Notes under the pieces: generated by a model
What the model was told of the DNA's origin: nothing
What the model saw: the letters and a program-made list of their open reading frames with translations, nothing else
Database searches by the model: none
NCBI RefSeq assembly: GCF_009834535.1
Contig: NC_045697.1
Span: forward strand, 77,626,001-77,690,000
Length of the DNA stretch: 64,000 nt
Direction: 5' to 3'
Source: Camelus ferus
Taxonomy: Eukaryota
Part shown: positions 1 through 13,459 of the stretch, piece after piece
Layout: each line of letters opens with the position of its first letter
Numbering within the stretch: the first letter of the stretch is position 1
Made by a program: the position numbers and the translations under genes

Positions 1-94
1 TTTCCTATTTGCAGCAATCCCATTGTTTCAGACTTTATCACTCTTATGTTAAATCCATTAGGAATGCGTCTTCATCTCAGAGGCCTAATGAATT

Positions 95-302
95 ACAGCA
101 TTTGACACGGATGGTAACCCCCTCTTTTTTGTGACACTTTCTTCCCTCAGTTTCTGGGACACTATATTCTCTTATTTCTTCTCCAGCTTCGCCATCTGTT
201 CTTTGTTCATTTTCCTTTGTTGGCTTCCTCTTCATCTCCCCAGTCTTTAAATTTTGGAGAGCTACAGGGTCTCAACCTGCGGACCTCTTATCTTATCTAC
301 TC
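95..302 (+). mobile_element. LINE-2 (L2) fragment, RT region
   Basis: cagcatttgacac...acactttcttccctc...ttggagagctacagggtctc...ggacctctt matches the L2 ORF2 consensus as I recall it; it abuts the MER20 on its right. Confidence 0.7.
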
Positions 303-489
303 TAGTGGTTCTCAAAGTGTATGATTTTGCCCCTCAGAAGCTATCTGTCAACGTCTGGAGAGGTTGTCACAACTGGAAGGTCGGCTACTGGCAGCTAGTG
401 TAATAGAAAGCCTGAATGCTGCACAAGGCAACTCTCAACACAGAATTATCCACCCCAGATGTCAACAATGCCAAGATTGAGAAACCCCA
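303..489 (+). mobile_element. MER20 (hAT-Charlie non-autonomous DNA transposon)
   Basis: Termini tagtggttctcaa...ttgagaaaccc; internal gattttgcccc, ggttgtcacaactgg, gctactggca.ctagtg and agaattatcc are diagnostic of MER20. Confidence 0.85.
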
Positions 490-600
490 GATGAGAGAAA
501 TATAAAGAAAAGAGATTAAGAAAAGAGAAGTCAGAAAACTCAACAGAGTGTGTGTTATGATACAGCTTCTAAAAACACGTTCACTGGTTACATCACTTAC

Positions 601-909
601 GCTTCAGATATAGTCAGGCTGAATTGCTTCAAAATCGAATTTCAAGCACATAGTAAATAGAGTAACCCCTTATTTCCAATCAGCAGTTCCATTTAAAATT
701 GAAAACAAGACCAAACAACCAATTCAGGGCAATATTTCCCTTCACTTTTCTAGAATTAGGTTCACTTCTGCCTTCAGTGGAACCACAGTCCAGTTGCCAG
801 TGATCAATTCTTTCTTACAAACTGTCCACAGTTCCCAATGCTTCCCCTGCCATGACAATATCCAGAAATGTACTTTCCAGTATCTCTCCAGGCAAGGGAA
901 AGGAGTAAC
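601..909 (-). other. Candidate exon (309 nt, probably 5'UTR) of the unidentified minus-strand gene
   Basis: Minus-strand donor AGC|gtaagt at 600. Possible acceptor gtgactattcttcattccag|G at 910. The sequence is non-repetitive. The 5' boundary is uncertain and it could instead be an alternative first exon. Confidence 0.35.
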
Positions 910-2275
910 CTGGAATGAAGAATAGTCACTTGCCAAGACCACCCCCTCTTGAAGTCGAATTCCAATTATTTCCAGTCACCCCTTCAGTGTAAGATCATTC
1001 CATGACTGCCTACCCTAACGAAGCCCTGGATAGGGGCAACACTGCAGAAGTACCTTCGGCTATCAGGACTTACAACTCTAACACTGATCTTACACCTTCT
1101 TCCCTAATCTCTTCTAAATCACTACAGTGTGACAGTTTGATTATAAAAGTTTCTGTGACACAAACTTTCTAAACTTAACATCTAACATCTAAACTTATAA
1201 GAAAAGTAGGCGCTATCATATGCTGAAGTATGCCAACTGCAATGAACAAAATCAACTGCACTGTTTTCTAAATCTTAACACACATTATTATTAGCGATGG
1301 TCAGGACTTTGCTCCCCTGCACTTGTGCCATGTTGGGACACATTGATTCTCCTCTGATGATCGTGGACCCAGCTGAATGAGTTCAACAGGAAGCTGCTCT
1401 GTACTATATACATGTCCTCCATCAGTTTCTACAGAGGGAACCAGAATAAAACCTGCCGGAGAGACGCCAAGGCCAGTTTAGGAGCTTTTTATCTTTCTAT
1501 CTGTTTACATCATTTCCCACCGAGGCTGTTTCTCCCCTGTCAATTGTAGGCTCAAAGCCAGGAAAAATGACAAAAATTCCTTTTGAGGAAAATGTTTAAT
1601 AGAAATATCTCAAGGCCTATTAAAAAAAACCCACAAAAATTAAGAGCACAGCTCCCATTTCTTTAGAAAGTGAAAGGGGACTTTTGTTTTTTGCTTCTAA
1701 AGTTTCTTTTTACTATTAGGTTGTCTGACAAGAATAATTTCTTCTTCACGTGAATGTCAGGTGAATCCTGAGACATGACGAAGGTACGGCTGGGATTTAT
1801 CAAGCCCGGGTGCTGAGAAAAGAGTCTCAAAATAGCAATGCCCTGAACATACTTTTCTTCAGACAGTTTCAGAAGGAAGTAAAAAAATGCTTAAGGAGAA
1901 GTGCGTGTACCTGACTCACAGTTTCTTTGAAAGCCAGGTTAATGTGTCTTCCTGTATTCCCAAGAGCACTCCCCTTGGGAACGTGTCCCTGAGACGACTC
2001 ACGGTGGCACGCACATGCTATGTCAACAGACAGCCATCACTCTGCAGTAAACCTGAGCATTTATTTATTTTCTTTTTTTTTTTTTTACTATTCTTTTATT
2101 CCTTTCTTATCTGTCAAGACCAATTTACTAAGCAAAAAGATTTGACAGTAAGAATATTCCTTTCTTAGCTATGCTTACATGGAAAGGTTTCTCTCCAAAA
2201 AAAAAGTAAAAAAATAAAGGAATTGACAAATGTTTATTCAAGATGCACCCTTCCGTCTAAAGCATTTTTTAAACA

Positions 2276-2468
2276 TTTTTTATTGAGTTATAGTCATTTT
2301 ACAAGGTTGTGTCAAATTCCAGTGTAGAGCACAATTTTTCAGTTATACATGAACATACATATATTCATTGTCACATTTTCTTTCACTGTGAGTTACAAGA
2401 TCTTGTATATATTTCCCTGTGCTATACAAGTATAATCTTGTTTATCTATTCTACATATGCCTGTCAGT
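2276..2468 (-). mobile_element. L1 3' UTR end (cetartiodactyl/camelid type), 5'-truncated, ~190 nt
   Basis: tttttattgagttatagtc...ttccctgtgctataca...ttgtttatctatt; degenerate TSD attttttaaaca (2264) / atttttgaacca (2469). Confidence 0.85.
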
Positions 2469-2647
2469 ATTTTTGAACCAATTTGAGAAACTCTAGTTGC
2501 CTATGTGCTATAACAACATTCAGAAGTGTTTACTGGACATCCACAGTAAATCTCTAGTGTAAGAATTTACTGCTCTACAAAAGACACAAAGTTGAAGGCT
2601 GGCTTGGAATGCACTACTCCCAAAATGTTTTTTAGTTTGGTTAAAGT

Positions 2648-2880
2648 AATAACAACTTGTTTAACTGAGCACTTACTATATTCCAGGCACTGTTCTTAGT
2701 GTTCCAAGCACTTCATACATATGCTGTCTCACGTTTCAGAGAACCCACCATCATGCCCATTTTGCAGACAAAGAAACTAAGAACAAAGTTAAATACCTCG
2801 TACAAGAACTCAAAGCTTTTAAATGACAGTGCTGGGTTTTAGCCAAGTATCAGCCCCTGTGCCCTTAACCACCACATTGT
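2648..2880 (-). mobile_element. MIR SINE
   Basis: gagcacttactatattccaggcactgttct...cccattttgcagacaaagaaactaag...cttaaccaccac, the MIR core in reverse. Confidence 0.75.
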
Positions 2881-3649
2881 GTTCTTATGTGGAATGTTTA
2901 TTACTTCCCAGCTGGGCCTTTCAATAGTGGTGTATCATCACTTTTTCTACCTCCCTCTCACACACCATCACTTTCTGACATTCATGAATGTAAATAATGA
3001 TTTACACTTAAAATCCACTTATTCAAGAAAGTATTCCTTTCTTTAAATTGTATTCATAAGGCTGTTGATTTTAATAGGGAGAAATAACTTGAAGATGAAC
3101 TAAAAAACAATACCCTTGCTTAAGAGGTCAAAGTCTCCAGAGAATACTTTCCAAAGAGTTGCTGACTCTTTTTCTAATTTGATGTTTGCCTACTTTTTTT
3201 TTCCCACATGCTGACTGTCATATTCCCTGGATTATTTATTGGTTGGAGGTACTCTGACATATTACATAATTTTTCCTTGTAATTTCTTTGTCATATGACA
3301 CGCTTTTCTGCCTTTGTGTCTACCCACTTACACTGATCTGTTCTGAAGTTCTAGCTGTCCAAAAGGACACGCCATTTCCCTTTTGTGCTTTTGGAACCTA
3401 AAATCTAGTATTAAGAACTTATTGAGGACACATGGTCAAGACTATAAGGACATGTAAACATTAAATCATACAAAGGCAAGTCCTTCATGTTTTCCAACCA
3501 CCTTCTTTAAACAGAAGTGTTATTGATGTCATAATGTGGGTTATAGGCTCTAAAGGAAATTTGACATTCTCTCTCAGACTATGTCCAAATGCTTTCACAT
3601 AATTCAAATGGTTTTACCTCTGTCTTCTCTGAAATCGTCTTATAACGTC

Positions 3650-4010
3650 CCCTAGAACATCCTATGCTGCAGTTACACTGTGATCTTCAAATGACATCAA
3701 CCCCTTTTTATGCTGCCTTGTCTTTCCTCACACACGCCATCCCCACTGCCTTGAATGCTCTTCCTACCCATCGTCGTCATTTTGTTGGTCTCTGTGAGGA
3801 TATTCCCTGACTGCTTCTAGGTCAAGTGGAGCATCCCTTCCTTCATCACCTCTGTGCTTTCTAGATACCTTTCGCATACCTATTACTGAACTTAACTCCT
3901 TATATTTCACACATAAGGTTACACTCTCTAATCCTGGCAGTTCCTGGGTAGGAACTGTGTCTTATTCCACTTTGAATGCCCAAGGTCTTATACCACAGTG
4001 TGGGCGCCTT
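3650..4010 (+). mobile_element. L2 3' fragment
   Basis: ccactgccttgaatgctcttcc...ttccctgactg...ggaactgtgtcttatt...cacagtg, the pattern of L2 3' ends. Confidence 0.55.
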
Positions 4011-4719
4011 AACTGAACTCCTGACATATGAATATACTGGATATTTTTAAAAATCCTGCATTTTGGAAATACTTTAAGGGAAAAGAGAAAATACTTTCCT
4101 GGGAGACAATAGGAAAACCAATACTGAAGTCATCTATGAATCTGATGCTTCAAATCCACTTGATTCTAAGTCTAAATAACAAAAATCCTTTTATTATAGC
4201 TTTGTTTTCCTTGGGAGCTGAAAGAATCCTACAAATTAATCTAAATTCCATTCTCTTGGCTTTTTTTAAACCTCTCTTTGGAAATATGATTATGTTTCTA
4301 CTGAGGCACGCTGCTCCGGGAGTAGCACAGTGTGACAAACACCTGCTCAGGAATGGTGGGAAAGCACCATCCCATTTCTTAAGTTCTTGCTGCCCAGAGA
4401 CCAACGCATTGCTTTCTCAGTGTAATTGTCTGCATAAAGGAAGCAAAAGACAGCACACACAGCTCCGAAGTGAGACTGGTGCTGTGATGGGACCCCTTGC
4501 CACCTGACAACCATACCCTCACCTGCAATCAACAGAATCTATTATTCACTGATGCACTTCCAGATAGACTGTGAAAGGCCAAGCTTAATCTAAAATCAAA
4601 ATAATGCCAACATTATAATATTCTGATAAGTAAATATTTATTTTGATCAAGTTTATTACATAATTACAGAAAGCTCTAAGATACTACTGAATGCTATCAA
4701 TGGGCAAAGAGGAAAGTGA

Positions 4720-5320
4720 TTAATGCCTGAATCTGGTGAGGATGCAATGACTTATAAGTTTTGCTAGTCAGAAAGCAAAATGACAAAGCTCTTGAAAAAA
4801 AACAATTTATCAAGAACCTTAAAATATGAGCAGCTTTTAATCCTGCAGTTCTACTTCAAGGAGTCTTTTTGACACAATCTTCAATACGGTCAAGGAAAGA
4901 CAATCACTGCATTACTACAACAGTGAAAAGACTAAATCTCTAAGAGTCAGGGATGTATTACAGTATATCCACCCAAAAGACTATTAACAGCCGTTAGAGT
5001 TACATAAAATGTCTATGATTTTAATAACTATGGATGAAAAAAGCAGAATAATTGCTTATTATAATTGTATTGGTATAATACAATATATATATATATATAA
5101 TATAATAAATATATAATTGTATATTGCTTGGTATAATTACTTATTAGAAGAAGAAATACCCCTCATTCCAAATTTACAGTGGTTATTACTGGGTGGCAAG
5201 ATTACATATGGTGTTTTCCCCAATTTACTTTTATGTACTGAATGTTTTCTAAACTAGTTTAATAATGAAAATAAAAATTTTATGTAATAAACTTTTAAGA
5301 AATGTTTTTCAATTTAAAAG
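4720..5320 (+). mobile_element. Old L1M (L1ME-like) fragment
   Basis: ggtgaggatgcaa...tttaatcctgcagttctacttc...tacagtggttattactgggtgg, a decayed L1 ORF2 end and 3' UTR. Confidence 0.5.
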
Positions 5321-5454
5321 TACAAAATGCTAGGCAACACACCAAGCATTTTGGTAGTGGTTGCAGGAATATTATATGATACCACACACATTTTATTCCA
5401 CATACTTCTGCACATGTCTTCCTGGAAGACACTAGGGCAGTCGCTTACCATCAT

Positions 5455-5680
5455 ATCTACTGGAATCACAAAGACCTGGGTTTCAATCCTGGCTGTCACA
5501 TATTGGCTCTGTGATCTTGAGAAAATTACATTTTATCTGCCTCATTGTCCTATCAAAAAAAAAAAAAAAAACTAGGAAAATCATACTTCCTTCCCAAGGA
5601 AGGATTCCCCTTGTTGTAAATCATCAAAATCGTGACCCTGGCAGCATCTGACACATGGTACCTAATACAGATGCTTATTA
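5455..5680 (+). mobile_element. MIR SINE
   Basis: gacctgggtttcaatcctggctgtcac...tgtgatcttgagaaaattac...tctgcctca. Confidence 0.7.
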
Positions 5681-6514
5681 TCAGGGGGAAATAAACACTT
5701 TAAGGATAGAATCAAATGCCAAAAATCAGGCTAGCTGGGCCTCTGGAGCCGAAAGCATCTTAAGTCCTGTTCAGTCATCTTAAAGGTATACATGACACCA
5801 GAACTTCTGTGCATTTGATTCTAGCCTCTTATAAGTACTTTAAAAACAACAAACAAGCAAAGTTGCACAATCCAAGTTTGTACTAAACAAGAGCTTTTAT
5901 GAAAACAAGTCATTTAGATAGCTCAGCTGGAGTATGGAGAGAGGTAACATTGTGAAACAATGATCTGAACCCTTTATTCTTATAAAAATTCCTGAACGCG
6001 GGGCATAAGTTTCTTAGATGACACACATAGGTCACTCCTAAACTGAGCTAAGTACTGGTCCCCCTAAAGGAGTATGTTTAGAAATAGTAACAATTTAAAA
6101 CGATTATAAATAAGCCTTTTAAATATTTCTAAAAGAAAATAAAAACAAAAACGTTATGGGTAGATACCCTTCTTTTCTGACTTATTTATGGTTGGAGATA
6201 AAAAAAAAAAAAAAAGGTCCCTTATATAGTCTTTTAATTACTAGGCTACCAGTAAAGAAAGGAATTGAATTTGATCAGTCGGCTGATTTACGCTGCAGTT
6301 AAAAGTTAAAAGGCTCATGGAATGTTATGATGTTAACATTGACCAATGCTCATTCTTTTCACAACTTTCAATATTTTTACAATCAGAAATGCTAAATTGC
6401 AGCAAGTCTGAGCCGAGATCAGGTTGGCCATGCAGCCACATGGGTGTAGGTAACAAGACTGCTATATTGTGAAGTTGCCCTCTGCCTGGTGGCGAGGTAA
6501 AGGTCTGCTCTTAC

Positions 6515-6569
6515 CCAGATTTGTGAAACTGGTGTCATTTCTTTGACGTGAGCAGCATTCATAGGGTAT
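6515..6569 (-). other. Candidate internal exon (55 nt) of the unidentified minus-strand gene
   Basis: Acceptor catctgtattctgcag|ATACCC and donor TCTGG|gtaaga, in unique non-repeat sequence. Confidence 0.5.
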
Positions 6570-7528
6570 CTGCAGAATACAGATGTGGCACAATCTGATT
6601 ATGTCAAACCAGTTACTGGCCTAGAATCTGCCCTCAATTCTGTCTACCTGGCATTGGGTAACCCTGACCCATCATGAGCAAATATCAGCTGTTTGATCTT
6701 TAGTGCACTTTTCACTTTGGGCTGACAACAGCTGATGATCTTAGGTAATTGTTTTTTCAACTTCTAGTCTTGCCTCTCGCCCATGACTCTCCTTTGAGCT
6801 TTACACAAAAAGGGAACGTCCAAGGGAGTCTACGCACGGGTCAAAAAGGGCTGAAATTATGAAAGGGCTTGGGAAGGCTCCTCTTCTCATTGATACCCTC
6901 CTCACTTGACTCCTACTGGCTGCTTGGGGTAGAGAAGTGGGCAGCCAGGCTACAACTCCACTCACCAAAGCAGTCAAGGGGCAGAGATCGGTGTGGCAAT
7001 TCTCAGAACAAAGTAGCATCAGTAAGGAAGGTTTTCATCTCGAGTGGCATGTGAAGACAAAAATCTAATCTCAATATTCAGAGGTAAATCTTTCTCCCAA
7101 ACTCTTTGACTAGGTCCATCATGAGGTCTATCAGTCTATAAAATGCTCATCAAAGATGCGGTATAGGTACGACTGCAGTTGGAGGCAGCCCAGCCTGACT
7201 GTACATGGGCCCTGAGGCCAAGAATTCTCATCCATAACTGCAGGTGATGAACCAAAAAGCAGGAGTTTTACCTAAATGACACCAAAACAATGACTCCTTT
7301 TTCTCATTAAATTGATGAATTTGGAGGTGTGGGGGGAAATGGACTGAACCCAACCATTTATGTCATATATATTTACTGAAATGTATATGACATACATTCA
7401 CTGCAATCTTACGTCTAGTCTCCATCGCTTCCCCAAGGAAGAAAAGTTGTGCATTTTGACAGCACAAATAACCACATAGAAAAATAAGTTTTCCATATTC
7501 CTTTCCCACTCCAGTTGGAACTCCTGAT

Positions 7529-7896
7529 TATTCATTCAGGAAGTACTCATCAAACACCTACTGTGTGCCTAGCACAGTTCCAGCCTCTGGGAAGACACCA
7601 GTGAACAGAACAGACAAAAAAGCCTGTGCTCATGGAGGTTGCGTGTCTAGAGACAGACAATAAATAAGAAAACAAATAATAAGATATGTTACAAGAGTAT
7701 ACATACGATGGAAGGAAGAAAAAGTAAAGCAGTGGAAAGGGAAAATGAGGTGGGAAGTGAGGGACAGACCACAATTAAAGACAGGATGGCCAGGGCAGAC
7801 ACACTGAGAAGATGAATTTGAACAAAAGTCTTCAAGTGAGGCAGTGAACTACTCTGGGAAAAGCTATGTAAGGCAGAGAAAAATAACCAGGGCAAG
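7529..7896 (-). mobile_element. L2 3' end
   Basis: attcattca...acctactgtgtgcctagcac...gtgaacagaacagacaaa...ctcatggag, the canonical reversed L2 tail. Confidence 0.8.
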
Positions 7897-9594
7897 AACT
7901 GTCTTCAGTGTTTATATTTACCAGGTTCTGCCAATTTTGCCTTTGGAAATTTCAGTAGACTGAAATATCCTTTGAGCATGAATCTGTGTGTGTCTAGGCA
8001 GTCACTCTGCTGCTTACAGTAACTTTTCATATAAATACAGCAATATTTGCAGTCAAAATATCATTTAGGAAGAATGAGCATGAAAGTATCTAGATTATGG
8101 TTAAAGAAAGCTTATTAATTTGCATAAGTAACCAACATTTTATTTAGGGGATAATTATAAATCTGAGTTACTAAGAAACGTCATAAATATCTGAGTTTTT
8201 GACACCACCTATGGTGAATTAAGTTGGTCTACAGACAGAAAATTGAGTCACCATGTTAGAGTTTTAAATTAAGATACATCTTAAGTAGCTTGACACTAGG
8301 GATGAATTTAATCTTTCTCATAAAGATGTATGTTGTTCTTTCAGGATTTCTCCCTGCAAACCCAAACCTGAATATACAAAACCAAAGGCTGTTCCTTCAA
8401 AAAATTGCCAGGATTATTTCCCAACTAGAGACAGAATTCGATTTTCTACAAGCACATTAATTCTGCTTCACTGGCAAACTGGTTTTAGGTCCAAGTTGCA
8501 AAATAAGGGATAATAATTCCTGACAAGGACAAAGAAATAAGTTTTCAGTTTTCTTCCTGAGTCAGCAGGAGAGTGTAGGACACAAGTGACTTTTTAATGA
8601 ATATTTCTCTAAATGTACATATTAAGAAGCAAAGCCCAATGGTACTGTGGAAATCAAAACTTCAGGGGAAAAGGCAAATATAATTAATAAAACCTGACTT
8701 TTAAACTGAAAAAGGAACTAAGTGAACTTCTTTTAAAATGTACTGCAATAACTGTATTTCCATTTAAAAAAAATAGACCTTTTATTCCAGAGCTTAAGTG
8801 AGTTGCAGCGAAGTTTTTAGTTTTCAACCAAGTAATAACACTATATACACTATAACCTAATCTCCATTTTAGGAAGTCATGGTAACACTTCCAATATAAG
8901 ATATAGCTGTTTCTTTAAAGGCCAAAGACTTTTAATAAAAACTCTATATCCCCAGATCATCCTTTCTAATGTCACAAAAGGTATCTTTACATCCTTACAG
9001 AACTCAGATCTGTCTGTCTGTGAAGTGAAAGGCCAAAACTATGTTAATATATATAAAGGGGTGGATAAAATTAATTTTCTTAATTTACTCTTTATTAAAA
9101 AGATACATTGAGATGGTTTGGTTTATGGGTAATTTTTATTTTCTACTGGTGTTTATGCAACATTTAAAAAGATATATTTATTACTTTTGTAACAATAAAA
9201 CAAAATTTGGGTGAGAGAAGAGAGCTAAAGATTGGGAGTGAGAATCAGAGACTGAGAAAAACTGGCCCAAGTGAAAGTCTGAAACAAAAAAATGTCAGGT
9301 CCTAGTCTCAGTTGGGAGGGAGGGAGGGAGGCACACTCCAAAAAGGGAGCGAGGCTTGGAATTCCCAGTAGTGGCAAACCAGTAACTTAATTTTGCCCCC
9401 TTGGTGGCTTGGGAGGCCTCTGGAAGAAGTGTTTCTATGGATGGTGGTGGTAGATTAGATGCCAATTTTCTCTGACCTTCTAACTTGATCCCTGGTAACA
9501 TGGAAAGAATTGAAGAGGACTTGGAGGTGCTGGTCTTCTAACATCTGTATGCAAGCTTGCATTTTCTAACTAAAAACTTTCACCAGCAGATCTT

Positions 9595-9698
9595 CAGTGT
9601 TTCTCAATATGGTCCATGGACTATTTGTATTAGAACCTCCTGGTGTGCTTGTTATGGCTGCAGATTCTCCCCTCCCAAACCTTCTGAATCTAGGAGAG
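9595..9698. mobile_element. MER5A-like fragment interrupted by the MLT1 LTR; the remainder probably lies at ~10190-10260
   Basis: cagtgtttctcaa...tattagaacctcctgg...tgcagattc. Confidence 0.55.
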
Positions 9699-10189
9699 TG
9701 CTATGGTCTGAATGTGTGTTCTCTTTAAAATTCAGTGTTGAAACCCTAACCTCCCATGTGATATAGTGTTAGGAGGTAGGACCTTTGGGAGGTGATTAGG
9801 TCAAGAGGGCACAGCCCTCCTGAGTGGAATTAGTGCCCTTATAAAAGAAAGCTCCAGGGGGAGGGTAAAGCTCAGTGGTGGAGCACATGCCTAGCATGCA
9901 CAAGGTCCTGGGTTCAATCCCCACTACCTCCACCAAAATAAATACACAAACCTAATTACCTTCCCCTAAAACAAAACAAAAAAACCAAAACCAGAAAACA
10001 TCCCACAAAACTCCACTTGAGGTTAAAGAGAAAAGAGGGTCACTTAGGAAGCAGGCTCATTCCAGACACTGAATGTACCGATGTCTTGATCTTGGACTTC
10101 CCAGCCTCCAGAATTTTGAGAAAACTTTCCTTTACTTAAGTGATCAGTCTATGGTATCTTGTTCTAGCAGCCTGAACAGACTAAGAACA
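9699..10189 (+). mobile_element. MLT1 (MaLR) solo LTR containing a SINE insertion
   Basis: Starts tgctatggtctgaatgtgtg; internal gttgaaaccctaac, tttgggaggtgattaggtca and ttgatcttggacttcccagcctccaga; ends gcagcctgaacagactaagaaca. Confidence 0.85.
9857..10006 (+). mobile_element. Camelid tRNA-derived SINE (Vic-1 type), long-tail form
   Basis: Head ggggagggtaaagctcagtgg with A and B boxes (ggttcaatccc); tail aaacctaattacc; TSD aaagctcca (9848) / aaaactcca (10007). Confidence 0.85.
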
Positions 10190-10374
10190 AAAAGTAACCC
10201 TAAAAGTGTGTACTTCAATATGACTCTTAGGAGACTTTCAGACCTGAGCTTGAGCTATGCCAAGATCATGATGATTATTGAGCTTCATGTCTACAACCAC
10301 TACCATCCCTCTGGATTCTTTGATTTCCTGCCTCAAAGATAACACAATTGTAATGCACACTAAAATCAATTATA

Positions 10375-11317
10375 TCCAATAACCAAATTTTTTAAAATGG
10401 GCAGAAGATCTGAATAGACATTTTTCCAAAGAGGAAATGCAGATGGTCAACAAGGCATATGAAAAGATGTTTGACATTGTTAATCATTGAGGAAATGAAA
10501 ATCAAAACCAGAATGAGATACCACCTCACATCTATCAGAATGGCTATCATTGAAAAGACCACAAATAACAAATGTTGCTAAGGATGTGGAGAAAAGGGAA
10601 CCCTTGTACACTGCTGGTGAGAATGTAAATTGGTGCAGCCACTGTGGAAAACAGTACCCAGGTTTCTCAAAAAACTAAAAATGGAACTACCATATGACCC
10701 AGCAATTCCACTCCTGGGTACACATCTGAAAGAAACAAGAACACTAATTCAAAAAGATACATGCACCCCAATGTTCATAGCAGTATTAACAACAGCCAAG
10801 ATATGGAAGCAACCTAACTGTCCATCAATGGATAAAGAAATGTGGTACATACACACAATGGACTACTACTCATCCATAAAAAAAGAACAAAATTTTGCCA
10901 TTTGCAACAACATGGATGGATTTGGAGAGTATTATGCTAAGTGAAGTAAGTCAGAGAAAGAAATACTGTATGATATCACTTAAATGTGGAAATCTAAAAA
11001 ATACAACAAACTAGTGAATTTAATGAAAAAGCAGCAGACTCAGATAGACAGAACAAACTAGTGGATTACCAGTGAGGAGAGGGGCAAATAGGACAGTGGA
11101 TTAAGAGGTATAAACTATTATGCGTAAAGTAAGCTACAAGGATATGCTATACAGCACAGGGAATATAACCAATATTCTATAACAATAAATGGAGTATAAC
11201 CTCCAAAACTTGTGAACTACTATGTTGTACACCTGTAGCTTATAAAATATTGTACATCAGCATACTTCAATTTAAAAAACTTCTGGTTAATATATTTACC
11301 AAAAAAAAAAAAAAAAA
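10375..11317 (+). mobile_element. LINE-1, 5'-truncated (ORF2 C-terminus, 3' UTR and poly-A)
   Basis: ORF 10630-10944 ([34 protein letters not shown]) is the L1 ORF2 C-terminal region, followed by a 3' UTR and an A-tail at 11301-11317. Confidence 0.95.
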
Positions 11318-11577
11318 TTCAGTACATTACAACCAGCAAAGACTTTGACAAGAAAGAAAAACTAAAAGGAAGGAAATGTGGCAGACAGGCTCTTGTACTG
11401 TGTTAACCATGCAGAAACAAGACATTGCAATGCAGCTGCGCTAGGACTGATGATGAGAAGGCAAGTCTTTATCTCCTAAGCTTCTCATCTGTGTGAGAAT
11501 TTAACAAACACGTGAATCTAAAATTCCTTGCCCTTTAAACAGAAAACCGAAACCAATCAATAACGTATTTACTTTAC

Positions 11578-11800
11578 CTTTTTTAAAAAATTGAAGTATA
11601 GTCAGTTTACAACATTAGTGCCAATTTTTGCTCTACAGCATAGTAGTTCAGTCATACATACGTATATATTCATTTTCATGTTCTTTTTCATTATAGGTTA
11701 TAAGATATTGAAAAAAGTTCCCTGTACAATAAAGAAACTCGTTTATCCATTTATATATAGTGGTTAGTATCTGCAAATCTCAAATTCCCAATTTATCCCT
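11578..11800 (-). mobile_element. L1 3' UTR end, 5'-truncated, ~220 nt
   Basis: ttgaagtatagtcagtttac...ttagtatctgcaaatctcaaattcccaatttatccct; TSD tatttacttt at 11566 and 11804. Confidence 0.9.
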
Positions 11801-12023
11801 TTATATTTACTTTTCTTCATAAGTAATGAGCTATTTCAGTTGAAAGAGATACTTTTTCAGGAATTGCTCGAAGGAGGACAGTTAAGTCTAACAACAGAGA
11901 TCAAAGATATTTACTTACACCCTAATTAATAAAAATCTTCAAAGCCTTTTGGCTTACAGTACACAGTTTTGCTGAATTTATATTGCTAAGAGTTCATCTG
12001 GGCTGCGAGTAAGGAGGGTTTTG

Positions 12024-12500
12024 ATTCATTCATTCTTTCATATTGCTGGTCAGCAAATATTAAGCACTGACTGTGCAAGGCATGGAGGGAAGTCAACAAA
12101 GCAGACACACTCCCTGGCCCCTTGGAGACTTTAAAATCTTTTGAGGGTAATAGGGAAATGGGAAAGTGAAGGAATAGATAATAAGGAAACACTCCAATAA
12201 GGATGCACTCTAAGCCAGATTTAGACGAGTGAATGGGAATTGCACGGGCAGAGACAGAAGCAAGAGAGAGAAAGCACATTCGAACTCTCTAAGGGATTTA
12301 GTGTGCTTGACCTTCAAATCCCAAGAGTAGGTTGACGAGTTTTGAGCTGAAGGTCCAAGAAACAGGTGGAAGCATGATTATGAGGGCTCTTACAGACCAT
12401 GTTAAAAGGTTTCTTTTTAATCCTAAGAGCAGTAGGAAGCCATTGAGAAATTTAAATGGATGAAATCAACATGCTTTTATTTGTGTTATATAAAGATTGC
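12024..12500 (-). mobile_element. L2 fragment
   Basis: attcattcattc...cagcaaatattaagcac...ccctggcccc...ttttaatcctaagagcagtaggaagccattg. Confidence 0.7.
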
Positions 12501-13459
12501 TCACTCAATTGCTCACTCAAGCGGGAGCTGAAGTCTTGAGTAAATGAGTGGCACAGGTTTTAGATAAGAGCAGGGCTGGACCTGAGGACATGGCATGCAT
12601 GTGCAGTGGGGTCACAGAAGTCCCAAGGCTGAACATTCTCAGCTGGGGAGTCATTTCACAGGAACTCATCACATGGTCTAATGCTCAATGTATGGGAGTA
12701 TGAGGTTAGTCAGATGCCTTCTGCAAATTATTTCCCTCTACTTAACCTGTGAGCATAGAGAACGTAACAAGTGTAATTATTTCCTCATTGGTTTTGGTGC
12801 TTATCAGTCATGTTCTTGGCTGTAAAATTACACTCCTTCCTACCATGTGTCAACCAGTAGTGTGTAGTAATGTCCTCTTTGGGACCAAGAAAACATTCAT
12901 CCCTGTTCCTGACCAACAAGGCATAACTTGTAAAGGAAATTTCTAAGTTTGTGTGGAATACATTTTTGAAGATCCCAAAAGACTGCTGATGAGGATAAAT
13001 AAGTATGTGACTGAATCACCAAGATTTTATATTTTATGAATTTTTTATTCATGCCTCGAAGGTGAAAAGAAACCTTTTTAAAGTACAGGTTTATCTTGCT
13101 TTATGCAACAGATTTACTCTCGGAAAATTGTGTATGAATTGTTTTAAAACTAAAGTGTATTTTGAGAACATGTGGGGAGCTTCCCTCCTTAAGAGAAATT
13201 TCTTGATTACTTATAAAAATTGAATCTTGTTATTGTGGTATATGTTTTCTCAAGTGAGGCACATCTATACTGGATTGCTCTCGCTCCTCACCAGCTGAGA
13301 GGAGAGAATGTCCCCAGGTGTCATCTCCTGGAAAGTCCTTGAGTCTCTCAAGAGATGCCATACCACTAGGCAAACATTATAGCAAGGGCTGTGCTCCACA
13401 GATGTCCTTTGATTGGAACCCAAGTTTCAATGACAGAGATCCTTAGGGAAGCTGTCTGT

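Noticed and set aside
4028..4507. Longest ORF (159 aa) and other ORFs over 100 aa (15454, 30606, 54026, 63629)
   Set aside because: None has a recognisable domain or supporting splice structure, and several simply run through L2, SINE or low-complexity sequence.
9857..9930. tRNA-like sequences here and at 26840, 30666 and 54040
   Set aside because: They have A and B boxes but diverged stems, A-rich tails and TSDs, so they are SINE heads rather than tRNA genes.
10630..10944. 104-aa ORF as a host CDS
   Set aside because: It is a frameshifted piece of L1 ORF2 within a truncated element.
12496..12520. Short perfect tandem duplications (attgctcactca x2; aacttaacatgt x2 near 57083)
   Set aside because: Ordinary slippage or repair duplications with no sign of function.
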